Positions 20,887 through 30,607 of a stretch of DNA of 64,000 bases are shown here, one piece after another. Source of the DNA: Halobacteriales archaeon QS_5_70_17 (lineage in GTDB: Archaea > Halobacteriota > Halobacteria > Halobacteriales > Haloarculaceae). The DNA is taken from positions 6,856 through 70,855 of the forward strand of contig PXRR01000017.1 in the NCBI GenBank assembly GCA_003021975.1, given 5' to 3'. The notes under the pieces are model-generated. The model was given only the letters and a program-made list of their open reading frames with translations. It had not been told where the DNA came from and did not search any database. Every line of letters starts with the position of its first letter. The first letter of the stretch is position 1. Made by a program: the position numbers and the translations under genes.

Positions 20887-21022
20887 GGCCGGCGAACGGA
20901 ATCCGCACGTATAGAATTTCGGGGCGAACGCGTCCCTCCGTCGCTCCCGCGGTCAGCGCGGCGTTCGCGCGGGCGCGGCGGGGAGTCCTGTTCCGTGGCC
21001 GGGGTCGGGCCGGCGGCCGACC

Positions 21023-23299
21023 CTACCGGACGGAGTCGAGGATCAGTTTCTGCTCGACGCGCTTGACCTCGTGTTGGACGTCGCGGACGGCGTCGATGTT
21101 CGCCGAGATGGAGGAGACGCCCTCGTTGACGAGGAACTGGACCATCTTGGGCTTCGAGCCGGCCTGTCCGCAGATGCTCGTCGCCACGCCGTGCTCGCGG
21201 CAGGTCTCGATCGTGTCGGCGATCAGCTTCAGCACCGACGGGTGGAGCTCGTCGAAGCGGTCGGCGACGTGCTCGTTGTTCCGGTCGACCGCGAGGGTGT
21301 ACTGGGTGAGGTCGTTGGTGCCGAAGGAGGCGAAGTCGATGCCGACGTCGGCCATCTCCTCGACGGCGAGCGCGCTGGAGGGCGTCTCGATCATCACGCC
21401 CCACGAGCGCTTCTCGGGGTCGATGCCGACCTCCTCCATCAGCTTCCGGGCCCGGAGGACGTCCTCGGCGTCGTTGACCAGCGGGAACATGATCTCGACG
21501 TTGTCGTAGCCCATGTCGTAGAGCCGCCGGAACGCCTCGAGTTCGTGTTTGAACGCGTCGGGCCTGTCGAGCGAGCGCCGGATCCCCCGGTAGCCGAGCA
21601 TCGGGTTGTGCTCCTCGGGCTCGTCGTCGCCGCCCTGGAGCTGGCGGAACTCGTCGGTGGGCGCGTCGAGCGTACGGACGCGCACCGGCCGGGGGTAGAA
21701 CTCGTCTGCGACCCCCCGGATCCCGTCGACGATCTCCTCGACGTACTCCTCCTCGCCGTGGTCCTCGATGTACTGCTGGGGAGTCTTGTTCGTCGAGAGG
21801 ATCATGTGCTCGACCCGCAGCAGGCCGACGCCGTCGGCGCCGGTGACCGCCGCGCGGTGGGCGGCCTCGGGGATCGAGACGTTCACCTTCACCTCCGTGG
21901 CCGTCATCGGCTTGACAGGGTTCTGGGGTCGGACGTCCTCCAGCGGGTCGGTCTCCTCTTCCTCGCTGGCCTGCTGGCCGCTCCGGATCGTGCCCTTGTC
22001 GCCGTCGAGGGTGATCGTCCGGCCGTCATCTAGCTGCTGGGAGGCGGAGCCGGTGCCGACGACCGCCGGCACCCCCAGCTCGCGGGAGACGATGGCCGCG
22101 TGAGAGGTCATTCCGCCCTCGTCGGTGATGATGCCGGCGGCCCGTTTCATCGCCGGCACCATGTCGGGCGTGGTCATTTCGGTGACGATGATGTCGCCCT
22201 CGACGACCTTGTCGAGCTGGTCGAGGTTCCGGACGATCCGGACCGGGCCGCTGGCGATCCCGGGGCTGGCGCCGAGCCCCTTCAGCAGCACCTCGTCGTC
22301 CTCCTGCTGGAGGCCGCTGCCGTCGGTCGCGCTGGCGGTCTTGCCCTGGCCGCCCTCCTCGATCGTCGTGATCGGACGCGACTGGAGCATGAAGACCTCG
22401 CCGTCGACGATGGCCCACTCGACGTCCTGGGGGTCGCCGTAGTGGTCCTCGACGCGGCGACCGAGTTCGACCAGCCGCTCGATCTCGCCGTCCTCGAGGA
22501 CCTTCCGGTTGCGCTTCTCCTCGGGGACGTCGATCTTGGTGGTCTCGCCCGTCTCGGGGTCTTTCTCCATCATCGTCTTCTTGTCCGCGACGGTCACCTC
22601 GATCGTTTCGGCGGTGTCGCGGTCCACGACGTAGTTGTCCGGCGAGACCGACCCGGAGACGACCGCTTCGCCCAGCCCCCAGGCGGCCTCGATGATGATC
22701 TCGGGGTCGCCGGTCGAGGGGTGGCTGGTGAACATGACGCCGGACTTCTCGGCGGCGACCATCTTCTGGACGACCACCGCGATGTCGACGACGTCGTGGT
22801 CGAAGCCCTTGTTCTCGCGGTAGTAGATCGCCCGCTGGGTGAACAGCGACGCCCAGCACTCCTTGACCCGCTCGACGAGGTCCTCGCGGGTGATGTTGAG
22901 GAACGTCTCCTGCTGGCCGGCGAAGCTCGCGTCCGGCAGGTCCTCGGCGGTCGCCGACGACCGAACGGCGACGAACGCCTCCCCGTCGTCGAGCCCGTCG
23001 TAGGCCTCGAGGATCTCCGCGCGCAGTTCCTCGGGGATGGGCGTCTCGAGGATCAGTTCCTCGGCCCGCTCGGAGGCCGCCGCCAGCGCCTCGGAGTCGT
23101 CGGAGTCGACGTCGACCGCCGAGAACAGCTCCTCGTCGATGCCGGTATCCTCGATGAACGAGCGATAGGTGCCCGCGGTCACGACGAATCCGGGGGGTAC
23201 GGGGAGGCCCGCGCCCGTGAGTTCGCCGAGCGACGCGCCCTTACCGCCGACGGCGCCGAGGTCGTCGGAGCCGACCTCGTCCAGCCAGAGTACAGCCAT
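21023..23299 (-). CDS. ppsA: Phosphoenolpyruvate synthase
   Basis: VGGKGASLGEL, VRSSATAEDLPDASFAGQQET, GGMTSHAAIVSRE, GTNDLTQY. Confidence 0.97.
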   Translation of the reverse strand: MAVLWLDEVGSDDLGAVGGKGASLGELTGAGLPVPPGFVVTAGTYRSFIEDTGIDEELFSAVDVDSDDSEALAAASERAEELILETPIPEELRAEILEAYDGLDDGEAFVAVRSSATAEDLPDASFAGQQETFLNITREDLVERVKECWASLFTQRAIYYRENKGFDHDVVDIAVVVQKMVAAEKSGVMFTSHPSTGDPEIIIEAAWGLGEAVVSGSVSPDNYVVDRDTAETIEVTVADKKTMMEKDPETGETTKIDVPEEKRNRKVLEDGEIERLVELGRRVEDHYGDPQDVEWAIVDGEVFMLQSRPITTIEEGGQGKTASATDGSGLQQEDDEVLLKGLGASPGIASGPVRIVRNLDQLDKVVEGDIIVTEMTTPDMVPAMKRAAGIITDEGGMTSHAAIVSRELGVPAVVGTGSASQQLDDGRTITLDGDKGTIRSGQQASEEEETDPLEDVRPQNPVKPMTATEVKVNVSIPEAAHRAAVTGADGVGLLRVEHMILSTNKTPQQYIEDHGEEEYVEEIVDGIRGVADEFYPRPVRVRTLDAPTDEFRQLQGGDDEPEEHNPMLGYRGIRRSLDRPDAFKHELEAFRRLYDMGYDNVEIMFPLVNDAEDVLRARKLMEEVGIDPEKRSWGVMIETPSSALAVEEMADVGIDFASFGTNDLTQYTLAVDRNNEHVADRFDELHPSVLKLIADTIETCREHGVATSICGQAGSKPKMVQFLVNEGVSSISANIDAVRDVQHEVKRVEQKLILDSVR

Positions 23300-23358
23300 T
23301 TGCGTACCGGAGCCAATACGGAGACCGCTAAAGAACTTTCCGAACCTCCCAACGGTAG

Positions 23359-23398
23359 CACTCTCCTAACGAGGCCGTAGAACCACTCAGAACCGAGT
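23359..23398. promoter_or_regulatory. Putative tandem TrmB-type operator sites upstream of ppsA
   Basis: CACT-N7-GAGT at 23384-23398 and CACT-N8-GAGG at 23359-23374; close to the haloarchaeal TrmB consensus TACT-N7/8-GAGTA. Confidence 0.6.
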
Positions 23399-23443
23399 TA
23401 ACGGGTTTCTTACCGATCGGCGGAGAGCCGCTCGCGCCCGGGC

Positions 23444-24343
23444 TCAGGCCACGATGATGTCCTCGTCGTCCGGATCCGGAACGGACAGTTCGCCGTCCAT
23501 CGAGACGACCGCCCGCCCCCCGACCCTGATCTCCTCGCGGGCCCGGACCCGGACGCGCCCGGGGCGGTCGACGAAGTGCCCCTGCTCGAAGAGCATCTCC
23601 TCGGGGAGCGCGTCGAACGCCTCGAAGCGCCGCAGGTACGCCCCGACCGCGCCGCTGGCGGTGCCGGTGACGGGGTCCTCGGGGACGCCCGCCCCCGGGG
23701 CGAACATCCGGCCGTGGAGCGTCGCCTCCGGGTCGATCGCGTCGAAGGTGAACGCGTAGACTCCGGTCGTCCCGGCGTCCTCGCACAGCGACTCCACGGC
23801 GGCCATGTCGGGGGCGGCCTCGCCCAGCGGTTCGAGGAAGCCGACGGGGACAACCAGGAAGGGGAGCCCGGTCGTCGCCCGGGCGATCGGCAGGTCGCCG
23901 CCGACGTCCTCCAGGGCGTCGAGGTCGATCCCCAGCGCGGCGGCGGCCTCCTCGCGGCTCACGTCCGCCTCGTTGACCTCGGGGGGCGCCTGGGTCATCC
24001 AGACCGTCCCGTCCTCCCCGACGTCGACGTCGAGGACGCCGGCGTCGGTCGCGAGCGTGTGCGTCCCGGCGTCGATGCGCCCCTCCGCGTGGAGGAAGGC
24101 GTGGCTGGCGATCGTCGCGTGGCCACAGAGGTCCACCTCCGTCTCGGGGGTGAAATACCGGATCCGGCGGTCGGCCTCGTCGCCGGGGGTCAGGAAGGCG
24201 GTCTCGCTGGCGTTCAGTTCGCGGGCGATCGCCTGCATCTGGTCGGTGTCCAGTCCCTCGGCGTCGGGTAGCAGCCCCGCCGGGTTGCCCGTCAGCGGGT
24301 CGTCCGTGAACGCGTCGACCAGAAGCGTCCGTCGCGTCTCCAT
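23444..24343 (-). CDS. PhzF family isomerase
   Basis: VDAFT...GNPAG, SETAF, EVDLCGHAT, EDPVTGTASG. Confidence 0.93.
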   Translation of the reverse strand: METRRTLLVDAFTDDPLTGNPAGLLPDAEGLDTDQMQAIARELNASETAFLTPGDEADRRIRYFTPETEVDLCGHATIASHAFLHAEGRIDAGTHTLATDAGVLDVDVGEDGTVWMTQAPPEVNEADVSREEAAAALGIDLDALEDVGGDLPIARATTGLPFLVVPVGFLEPLGEAAPDMAAVESLCEDAGTTGVYAFTFDAIDPEATLHGRMFAPGAGVPEDPVTGTASGAVGAYLRRFEAFDALPEEMLFEQGHFVDRPGRVRVRAREEIRVGGRAVVSMDGELSVPDPDDEDIIVA

Positions 24344-24861
24344 GGGCGGGCGTTCGCCCCCGCCCCCGATTAAACCCCGGCCGGCGTCGGCGGCGCGGCC
24401 GCGACGCGGCACCCGTCGGAGCCCCGCAGTCCCGGTCGGCGAGTCGACTGCTGGTGCTGCTCCGTCCGGACCTGGCCACTCGTTCTTCTTTCGCCCGTTT
24501 CCACGGTCGAATCAACAGTGACACTCCACTCTAAGTAGTTTTTGTACCGATCGAGTGGGCAGTCGGACCTGCACGCCCGCGTTCACCGGATCTCCCGGGG
24601 CCCCGACCCGTCCCGTCCCCGGAGGGGACTGCTCGTCCCCCGGCCTCTGACGCCCCGATCCCGGAACTCGTCCTGCTTTGGCGGGCGTGTCCCCTCATGG
24701 TGTCCCGGGGACACCGCCGGTCGAGCAGACCGGCGCGGAGCGATCCCCCGAATCTGGCCCGCCGCCGGCGCGAGCGCCCGTCCGGGGAGCGCCGGTTCCG
24801 GATTCCGACTGTGGGCTGCGAGGCGTGGCCTATTTATCCCGGAGCGACATGTTCCCCGTGA

Positions 24862-25506
24862 ATGCCCAGTTCGGACGCCAGTCCCGGTGATCGCGACGGA
24901 TCCGGCGACGGATCCGCCAGGCACGTCGAGAGCAACCTCTTCGTCACCGTCTCCGGGCTGCCGGGATGCGGCGCGACGACGGTCTGCGAACGGCTCGCGG
25001 CGGCACTGGACTGCGGGTACGTCAGCGGCGGTGACATCTTCCGGGAACTCGCCGCCGAGCGGGACATGAGCCTCACGCAGTTCGGCGCCAAGGCCCAGGA
25101 GTCCGAGGCGATCGACCGCGCGATCGACCGCCGCCTCCAGACGATCGCCGAGCGGTGGGGCGCGGCGAACAAGGCCTTCGTCCTGGAGTCGCGGCTCGCC
25201 GGCTGGCTGGCCGGCAACCGCGCCGACGTCAGAATCTGGCTGTCCGCCCCCGAGGAGGTCCGCGTCGCGCGCACCGCCGACCGCGACGAGATGGAAGCCG
25301 AGATGCGCGTCCGCGAGGTCGCGGAGGCGGGCCGCTACGAGAGCTACTACGGCGTCGACGTCACCGACCAGTCGTTCTACGACCTCTCGGTCAACACCGC
25401 CCGCTGGGACCCCGAGACGGTGACGGAGATCCTGCTGACCGCCATCGAGCGGTACGACCCCGACGGCGACGAGGGCGCCTTCCTCACCGAGGACGTGGAC
25501 GTCTGA
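24862..25506 (+). CDS. Cytidylate kinase-like protein (atypical P-loop)
   Basis: VSGLPGCGATT, SGGDIFRELA, ESRLAGW, RYESYYGVD...YDL. Confidence 0.85.
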   Translation: MPSSDASPGDRDGSGDGSARHVESNLFVTVSGLPGCGATTVCERLAAALDCGYVSGGDIFRELAAERDMSLTQFGAKAQESEAIDRAIDRRLQTIAERWGAANKAFVLESRLAGWLAGNRADVRIWLSAPEEVRVARTADRDEMEAEMRVREVAEAGRYESYYGVDVTDQSFYDLSVNTARWDPETVTEILLTAIERYDPDGDEGAFLTEDVDV

Positions 25507-25615
25507 CCGCCACCGCGCCGCCCCCGCGGAGAGACCGGGCGGCGCTCCGCTCCCCCCGACCGGTCTCGCCCGGGTCGGGGTCCCCCTTCAAGATCGTTCG
25601 CGTCCAGCGGTCGGT

Positions 25616-26374
25616 ATGGGTTCGTCCGACGCGAGCGCGATCGACTACGACCTGCGGGCGGAATCGGAGACCGCCTGGATCACGATCGACCGACCGGAGA
25701 AGCGCAACGCACTGGACCTGGAGGGGTGGCGCGCGCTCCGGGGCGCGGTCGACAGAGCGAGCGAGGAGGCGCGGGTGGCCGTCCTCGCCGGGGCGGGCGA
25801 CGCCTTCTGCGCCGGCGACGACATCGCGACCGTCGCCGGCCTCGAGAGCGAGGCCGACGTTCGGGCGCTGGCCGATTGCCTCCACGACGGCCTCTACGGG
25901 GTCGAGCGCGCGCCGGTTCCGGTCGTCGCGGCTGTCGACGGCCCGGCCTACGGCGGCGGGTTCGAACTCGTCGCCGCCGCCGACCTCGCGGTAGCAACCG
26001 ACCGGGCGGCGTTCGCGCTCCCGGAGACGACCATCGGTGCGTACCCGCCGTACGCGGCCGACCGGATCGGCGCCATCTGCGGGCGCAAGCGACTCATGGA
26101 ACTCGCGCTCACCGGCGACCCGGTCGACGCCGCGACCGCCCGCGAGTGGGGACTGGTCAACCGCGTCGTCGACGAGGGCGACCTCGCGGGGGCCGTCGCG
26201 GACCTCGTCGACCGGATCCTCGACGCCCCGGCCCCGGCCACGCGGCTGGCGAAAGCAGCGGTCGCGCGGTCGCTCGCCGACGGCGGCGAGCGCGACCGGA
26301 TCGCCGGCGGGTTCGCCCGCGTGGCGACCAGCGAGGACTGCCGGGACGCGGCGCGGGCGTTCCTCGACGGCTGA
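25616..26374 (+). CDS. Enoyl-CoA hydratase/isomerase
   Basis: RPEKRNAL, FCAGDD, GGGFEL, FALPE. Confidence 0.92.
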   Translation: MGSSDASAIDYDLRAESETAWITIDRPEKRNALDLEGWRALRGAVDRASEEARVAVLAGAGDAFCAGDDIATVAGLESEADVRALADCLHDGLYGVERAPVPVVAAVDGPAYGGGFELVAAADLAVATDRAAFALPETTIGAYPPYAADRIGAICGRKRLMELALTGDPVDAATAREWGLVNRVVDEGDLAGAVADLVDRILDAPAPATRLAKAAVARSLADGGERDRIAGGFARVATSEDCRDAARAFLDG

Positions 26375-26449
26375 CCGGCGGTCGAACGCGGGACCGGCGA
26401 GCGACCCGCGCACCGCCAGACAGTTGCCTCACCGCCCCGTACGGTCGGT

Positions 26450-27127
26450 ATGCACCGGGTGGCGGTCGCCCTCGTCGCGACGCTCGTGCTCGCCGGCTGT
26501 GGGGGCGTCGGCGTCACCGACCCCGCGCGGCTGGCCGCGGCCCACGCTCGGACGCTCTCGAGCGCCACCTACACCCTCGAGCGGACCGACAGCCGCCGGT
26601 ACGCCGACGGGACGCTCCGGGCGCGGTACGACCGCACCGTCCGGGTGGGTCCCGAGGCCTACCACTACGTCCTCGAGCGGCGCGACGGCAACGGGACGGT
26701 CGCCCGCGCGACCGAGCGGTGGATCGGCGAGGACCGGGGGTTCGAGCGGGTCGTCGCCGACGGGGAGCGGTACCGTCGCCTGAACGACACCCTGGACGCC
26801 CGCGCGCGCCGGACTGCGGGCGAGCGGGGGATCGAACGGCTGTTCACGCTGCTCGACGTCCGCGTGGTCGACCGCTTCGAGCGGGACGGTCGCGACCACT
26901 ACCGCCTCGCGCTCGCGTCCGACGGCGAGAACCTGCGCCCGCTCCGGAACGTCTCCTTTTCCGCGGTGGTCGACGAACGAGGGGTCGTCCGGTCGTACGA
27001 CCTCTCCTACCGGATCACCCGACAGGGACGGACCCTCGAGGTGACCGTCGCCGTCGAGATCGCCGACCTGGGGGCGACGACCGTCTCGACCCCCGAGTGG
27101 GTCGAGCGGGCCGCCGAGCGGACGTAG
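26450..27127 (+). CDS. Putative lipoprotein, paralog of 18491..19378
   Basis: LVLAGC lipobox; shared NVSFSAVVDERG...P.W C-terminal pattern. Confidence 0.75.
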   Translation: MHRVAVALVATLVLAGCGGVGVTDPARLAAAHARTLSSATYTLERTDSRRYADGTLRARYDRTVRVGPEAYHYVLERRDGNGTVARATERWIGEDRGFERVVADGERYRRLNDTLDARARRTAGERGIERLFTLLDVRVVDRFERDGRDHYRLALASDGENLRPLRNVSFSAVVDERGVVRSYDLSYRITRQGRTLEVTVAVEIADLGATTVSTPEWVERAAERT

Positions 27128-27129
27128 CG

Positions 27130-28263
27130 TCACCCCCGCAGCGACTCGACGGGCCGCTCGCGGGCGGCCTTCCAGGCCGGGTAGGCGCCGCTGACGAGGC
27201 TGACGAGGACGCCGAACGCGAACGCGCCGACGAGATAGGCGGCGTTCGCCAGCGTCGGGAGCGCGGCGAGGCCGATCCCGTCGACGTACGCCACCAGCCC
27301 CAGCGCGAGCAGGACGCTGGCCAGCACACCGAGCAGTCCCCCGGCGACGCCCAGCAGGACCGCCTCGACGAGCAGCGTCCGCAACACGTCGGCGCGGCGG
27401 ACCCCCACCGCGCGGAGGACGCCGATCTCCTGGCGGCGCTCGGCGGTGCTCATCAGCATGACGTTGAAGATGCTGACGCCGGCCACGAGCAGCGAGATCG
27501 ATCCCAGTCCGACGAGGAAGGCGTTCAGCAGCGCGAAGAACTCCCCGATCCGTTCGAGCACCGCCGAGAGTTCGAACACCGACACCCGCTCGGTGCGGAC
27601 GTTGAGCCGGTCCCGGATCTCCGCGGCGACCGCGGCCGCCGCGCGCCCGGAGTCCGCCCCGATCACGACCCGGTCGTAGCGGTCCTGAGCGAACTCGTCT
27701 TCGGGGAGGACGACCGCCTCGTCGGGCCCGACCGGGGTGACGTCCTCCCCCTCAGCGAGGACAGCGACGACCCGATAGCGGGTCCCCTCGATCTCGACGG
27801 CGCCGCCGACCTCCACCCCGAGCCGGTCGGCGACGGCGCTGCCGACGATCGCGCCCTGCCGGTGGCGGGTCGGCAGCGTCCCGTCGCGGGCCTCGAACAG
27901 CGCGCCCGGGTCGTCGGTGCCGTAGAGCTGGACGACGGTGCTTTCGCCGCTCCCACGGGCGACGGCCCCGTCGGTGATCAGCGGGACGACGGTCCCTCGG
28001 TCCGCCGCGACCCGGCGGACCTCCCGGAGTTCGCGGGGGGAGAGCGTCTCGCTCCCGGCGTCGGCGTTCGGCGAGACGATCACCTGGTTGCCGATCCCGC
28101 CGAGTTCCGACGTGGCGGTCGTCTGGAGGACGTTCCCGAAGATGCCCAGCGTCGCGATGGCCAGCACGCCGATGACGATCCCCAGCGCGGCCAGCGCCGA
28201 GCGCAGCCGGTTGCGCGAGAGATTCCGCCGGGCCATCAGCAGGGCGGGGAAGCGAGCGGTCAC
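27130..28263 (-). CDS. ABC transporter permease (MacB/FtsX type)
   Basis: RNRLRSALAALGIVIGV, NVMLMS..ERRQEIGVLRAVG, GAYPAWKAA..PVESLR. Confidence 0.93.
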   Translation of the reverse strand: MTARFPALLMARRNLSRNRLRSALAALGIVIGVLAIATLGIFGNVLQTTATSELGGIGNQVIVSPNADAGSETLSPRELREVRRVAADRGTVVPLITDGAVARGSGESTVVQLYGTDDPGALFEARDGTLPTRHRQGAIVGSAVADRLGVEVGGAVEIEGTRYRVVAVLAEGEDVTPVGPDEAVVLPEDEFAQDRYDRVVIGADSGRAAAAVAAEIRDRLNVRTERVSVFELSAVLERIGEFFALLNAFLVGLGSISLLVAGVSIFNVMLMSTAERRQEIGVLRAVGVRRADVLRTLLVEAVLLGVAGGLLGVLASVLLALGLVAYVDGIGLAALPTLANAAYLVGAFAFGVLVSLVSGAYPAWKAARERPVESLRG

Positions 28264-28994
28264 CGGAGGGCACCGTCCACGAGTTCGACCGTCCGGTCGG
28301 CGTACTCGGTCACGAGGTCGTCGTGGGTGACCGCGACGACCGCGACGCCCGCCGCGCAGATCCGACGGAACTCCTCGAGGATCGTCGTCCCGGTCGCGCG
28401 GTCGAGGTTGCCCGTCGGCTCGTCGGCCAGCAGGACGCCGGGGCGGTTGATCAGCGCCCGCGCGATGGCGACGCGCTGTTTCTGTCCGCCCGAGAGCCGG
28501 TCGGGGGTGTGATCGAGGCGGTCGCCGAGACCGACCCGGTCGAGCAGGTCCCGGGCGCGGTCGTCGGCCGCGCCGTCGCGGTCGAACAGCGTCGGCAGGG
28601 TGACGTTCTCGAGGGCCGTCAGCGTCGGGATGAGGTGGTAGTCCTGGAAGACGAAGCCGACCGCGTCCTTCCGGGCGTCGGTCCGCTCGGCGTCGGTCAG
28701 TCCGGTCACGTCCCGTCCGGCGAGGTACCGGTCGCCCTCGCTCGGTGCGTCCAGCAGGCCGAGCACGTTGAGCATCGTCGACTTCCCCGACCCGGAGGGG
28801 CCGACCACCGCGACGAACTCGCCGGGGGCGACGGCGAAATCCACCTCCGAGAGCGCGACGACGGTCCCGCCGCCGCTCTCGTAGGTCTTCGTGACGCCGC
28901 GCAGTTCGACCACCGGCCGGGCGCCGCTCGCGGTCGCGGCCGTGGCGCCACGCTCCGGGCGGGCCGCGCCGTCAGCGGGGTCGGGGCCGGTCAT
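28260..28994 (-). CDS. ABC transporter ATP-binding protein (LolD/MacB type)
   Basis: [34 protein letters not shown]; ATG overlaps the upstream stop. Confidence 0.94.
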   Translation of the reverse strand: MTGPDPADGAARPERGATAATASGARPVVELRGVTKTYESGGGTVVALSEVDFAVAPGEFVAVVGPSGSGKSTMLNVLGLLDAPSEGDRYLAGRDVTGLTDAERTDARKDAVGFVFQDYHLIPTLTALENVTLPTLFDRDGAADDRARDLLDRVGLGDRLDHTPDRLSGGQKQRVAIARALINRPGVLLADEPTGNLDRATGTTILEEFRRICAAGVAVVAVTHDDLVTEYADRTVELVDGALR

Positions 28995-30505
28995 CGGCGG
29001 CGGGCGAACGCGAACGCGAGACCGCCGGCCGCGCCCAGCGCGATCAGGAGGCCGGCGACCACCGGGGGCGACGGCCCCGAGACCGAGGCGCCGCCGGCCT
29101 CCCGGTCGCGCTCGAGCGGCAGTCGGACGGTCTCGACGCGCTGCTCCCCGCCGACGGTGTAGGTCACCCGCACCGGGATCGCCGTCGCGTTCGCGGCGTC
29201 GACCCGGGCGGTCAGTTCGAAGGGGGCGAACTCGCTGCCCTCGACGGTCCCGACGAAGTAGTCGCGCTGGGGGTAGGCGGGCCGGACGTGCTCGGTCTCG
29301 CCGACGCGCAGGACGACCCCGGACACCGCCGTTCGCCCGGGGTTGCCGGCGTTGCCGGTCAGCCACACCCGGTCCCCCTCGACGGTGACGTTGACGCCGG
29401 TCACCGTCACGGCCCCCGAGGGGGGTCGGTAGTTGTAGACGGCGCCCGCGGATCCCGATCCCGACCCCGGCCGCCCGACCACGTCGTAGGTCGCGTCGAA
29501 CCGCACCGGCCCGGTCCGAACCGCCGAGAGGTCGACCACGACGGACTCGCTCGCGCCCGGCGGGAGCCGACCGGGCCCGTTCCCGAAGTTGGTCACCGTC
29601 ACCCGGGCCCGGTCGGGCGGGTCGTCGCCGCCGTCGCCGTCGGTCGCGCCGGCCTGTCCCTGATCGGCGCCGACGAGGCCGCGGAGGCCCCCGCCGACGT
29701 CGCTCTCGGCGCCGCCGCCCCGGACCGGTTCGACGCGGACCCCGACGTCCTCGCGCAGCGGTTCGACCGTCACCGTCGCGTCCGCGGTCGTCGTCGCGCG
29801 CGTCCCCCGGGCGGTCGTGTAACTGACGCTCGCGGTCACCGACCGCTCGCCGCTTGCCGCCGGACGGACCGACGCGTTGACCGTCCGCGCCTCGCCGGCC
29901 CCGAGGGCCGCCAGCGTCCGGCGCTCGACGCTCCCGTCCCCGGTCCGCACCTCGACCGTCACGTCCCGCAGCGGCTCCGTCGTCGGGTTCGCCACCCGGA
30001 CCCCGACGTCGCCGGACACGCCCGCGACCGCGTCGCCGGCCCGCACCTCGACGAGCGGCCGGCCGCGCTCGACGACTACCGTTGCGGGGCGGGCGATCCG
30101 CACCTCGTCGCCGGACTCGTTCTCCCCGACGACGACCACCGAGAGGTCCTTCTGTCCGGGGTCGTCGAAGGTCGTCGTCAGCGGCACCGACACGGAGTCG
30201 CCGGGCGAGAGCGCGCCGACGCCGCGGGCGACCGCGCGACGGTCGCCGTCGTCGCTCCGCAGGACGACCCGTCGGACGCGCACCGGGGAGGCGCTGCCGG
30301 CCGACAGTCCGACGGTGACGTCGGCGGTCACCGGCGCCCCGGCGACCGGCGTGTCCGGCGACACCGAGACGTCGGCGACGGTTAGGCGGGCGTCGGGGAC
30401 CGCTTGCCCGGCCGCGATCCCGGGGGCGGCCGGGACGAGCGCGACGGCCGCGGCGGTGAGGAGGCAACACGCGAGCAGGGAACCGATCGGACGGGCGCGC
30501 TCCAT
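28991..30505 (-). CDS. Secreted Ig-like/CARDB (COG1361-like) protein with C-terminal TM anchor, ABC-associated
   Basis: Signal peptide, beta-rich repeats, YFVGTV..SEFAPFEL, TM followed by RRR. Confidence 0.8.
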   Translation of the reverse strand: MERARPIGSLLACCLLTAAAVALVPAAPGIAAGQAVPDARLTVADVSVSPDTPVAGAPVTADVTVGLSAGSASPVRVRRVVLRSDDGDRRAVARGVGALSPGDSVSVPLTTTFDDPGQKDLSVVVVGENESGDEVRIARPATVVVERGRPLVEVRAGDAVAGVSGDVGVRVANPTTEPLRDVTVEVRTGDGSVERRTLAALGAGEARTVNASVRPAASGERSVTASVSYTTARGTRATTTADATVTVEPLREDVGVRVEPVRGGGAESDVGGGLRGLVGADQGQAGATDGDGGDDPPDRARVTVTNFGNGPGRLPPGASESVVVDLSAVRTGPVRFDATYDVVGRPGSGSGSAGAVYNYRPPSGAVTVTGVNVTVEGDRVWLTGNAGNPGRTAVSGVVLRVGETEHVRPAYPQRDYFVGTVEGSEFAPFELTARVDAANATAIPVRVTYTVGGEQRVETVRLPLERDREAGGASVSGPSPPVVAGLLIALGAAGGLAFAFARRR

Positions 30506-30607
30506 CGGAAACGACCGTCGTACGGCTCGGTCGTGCAAATAGGTGACGACCCACGACCCACGACCTACGACCCGCGGGTATATCCGGACGGCGGCCGGCC
30601 GGAAGAC

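Noticed and set aside
25726-28512. 928-aa plus-strand ORF
   Set aside because: Low-complexity alternative frame overlapping four well-supported genes.
29565-29590. Possible in-frame deletion in the COG1361-like gene (NFGNGPGRLPPG)
   Set aside because: The family is too variable to call a gap without an alignment; kept only as a tentative member of the deletion pattern.
30545-30575. ACGACCC-like heptamer repeated about four times
   Set aside because: Short microsatellite in a divergent promoter gap; no spacers, so not CRISPR.
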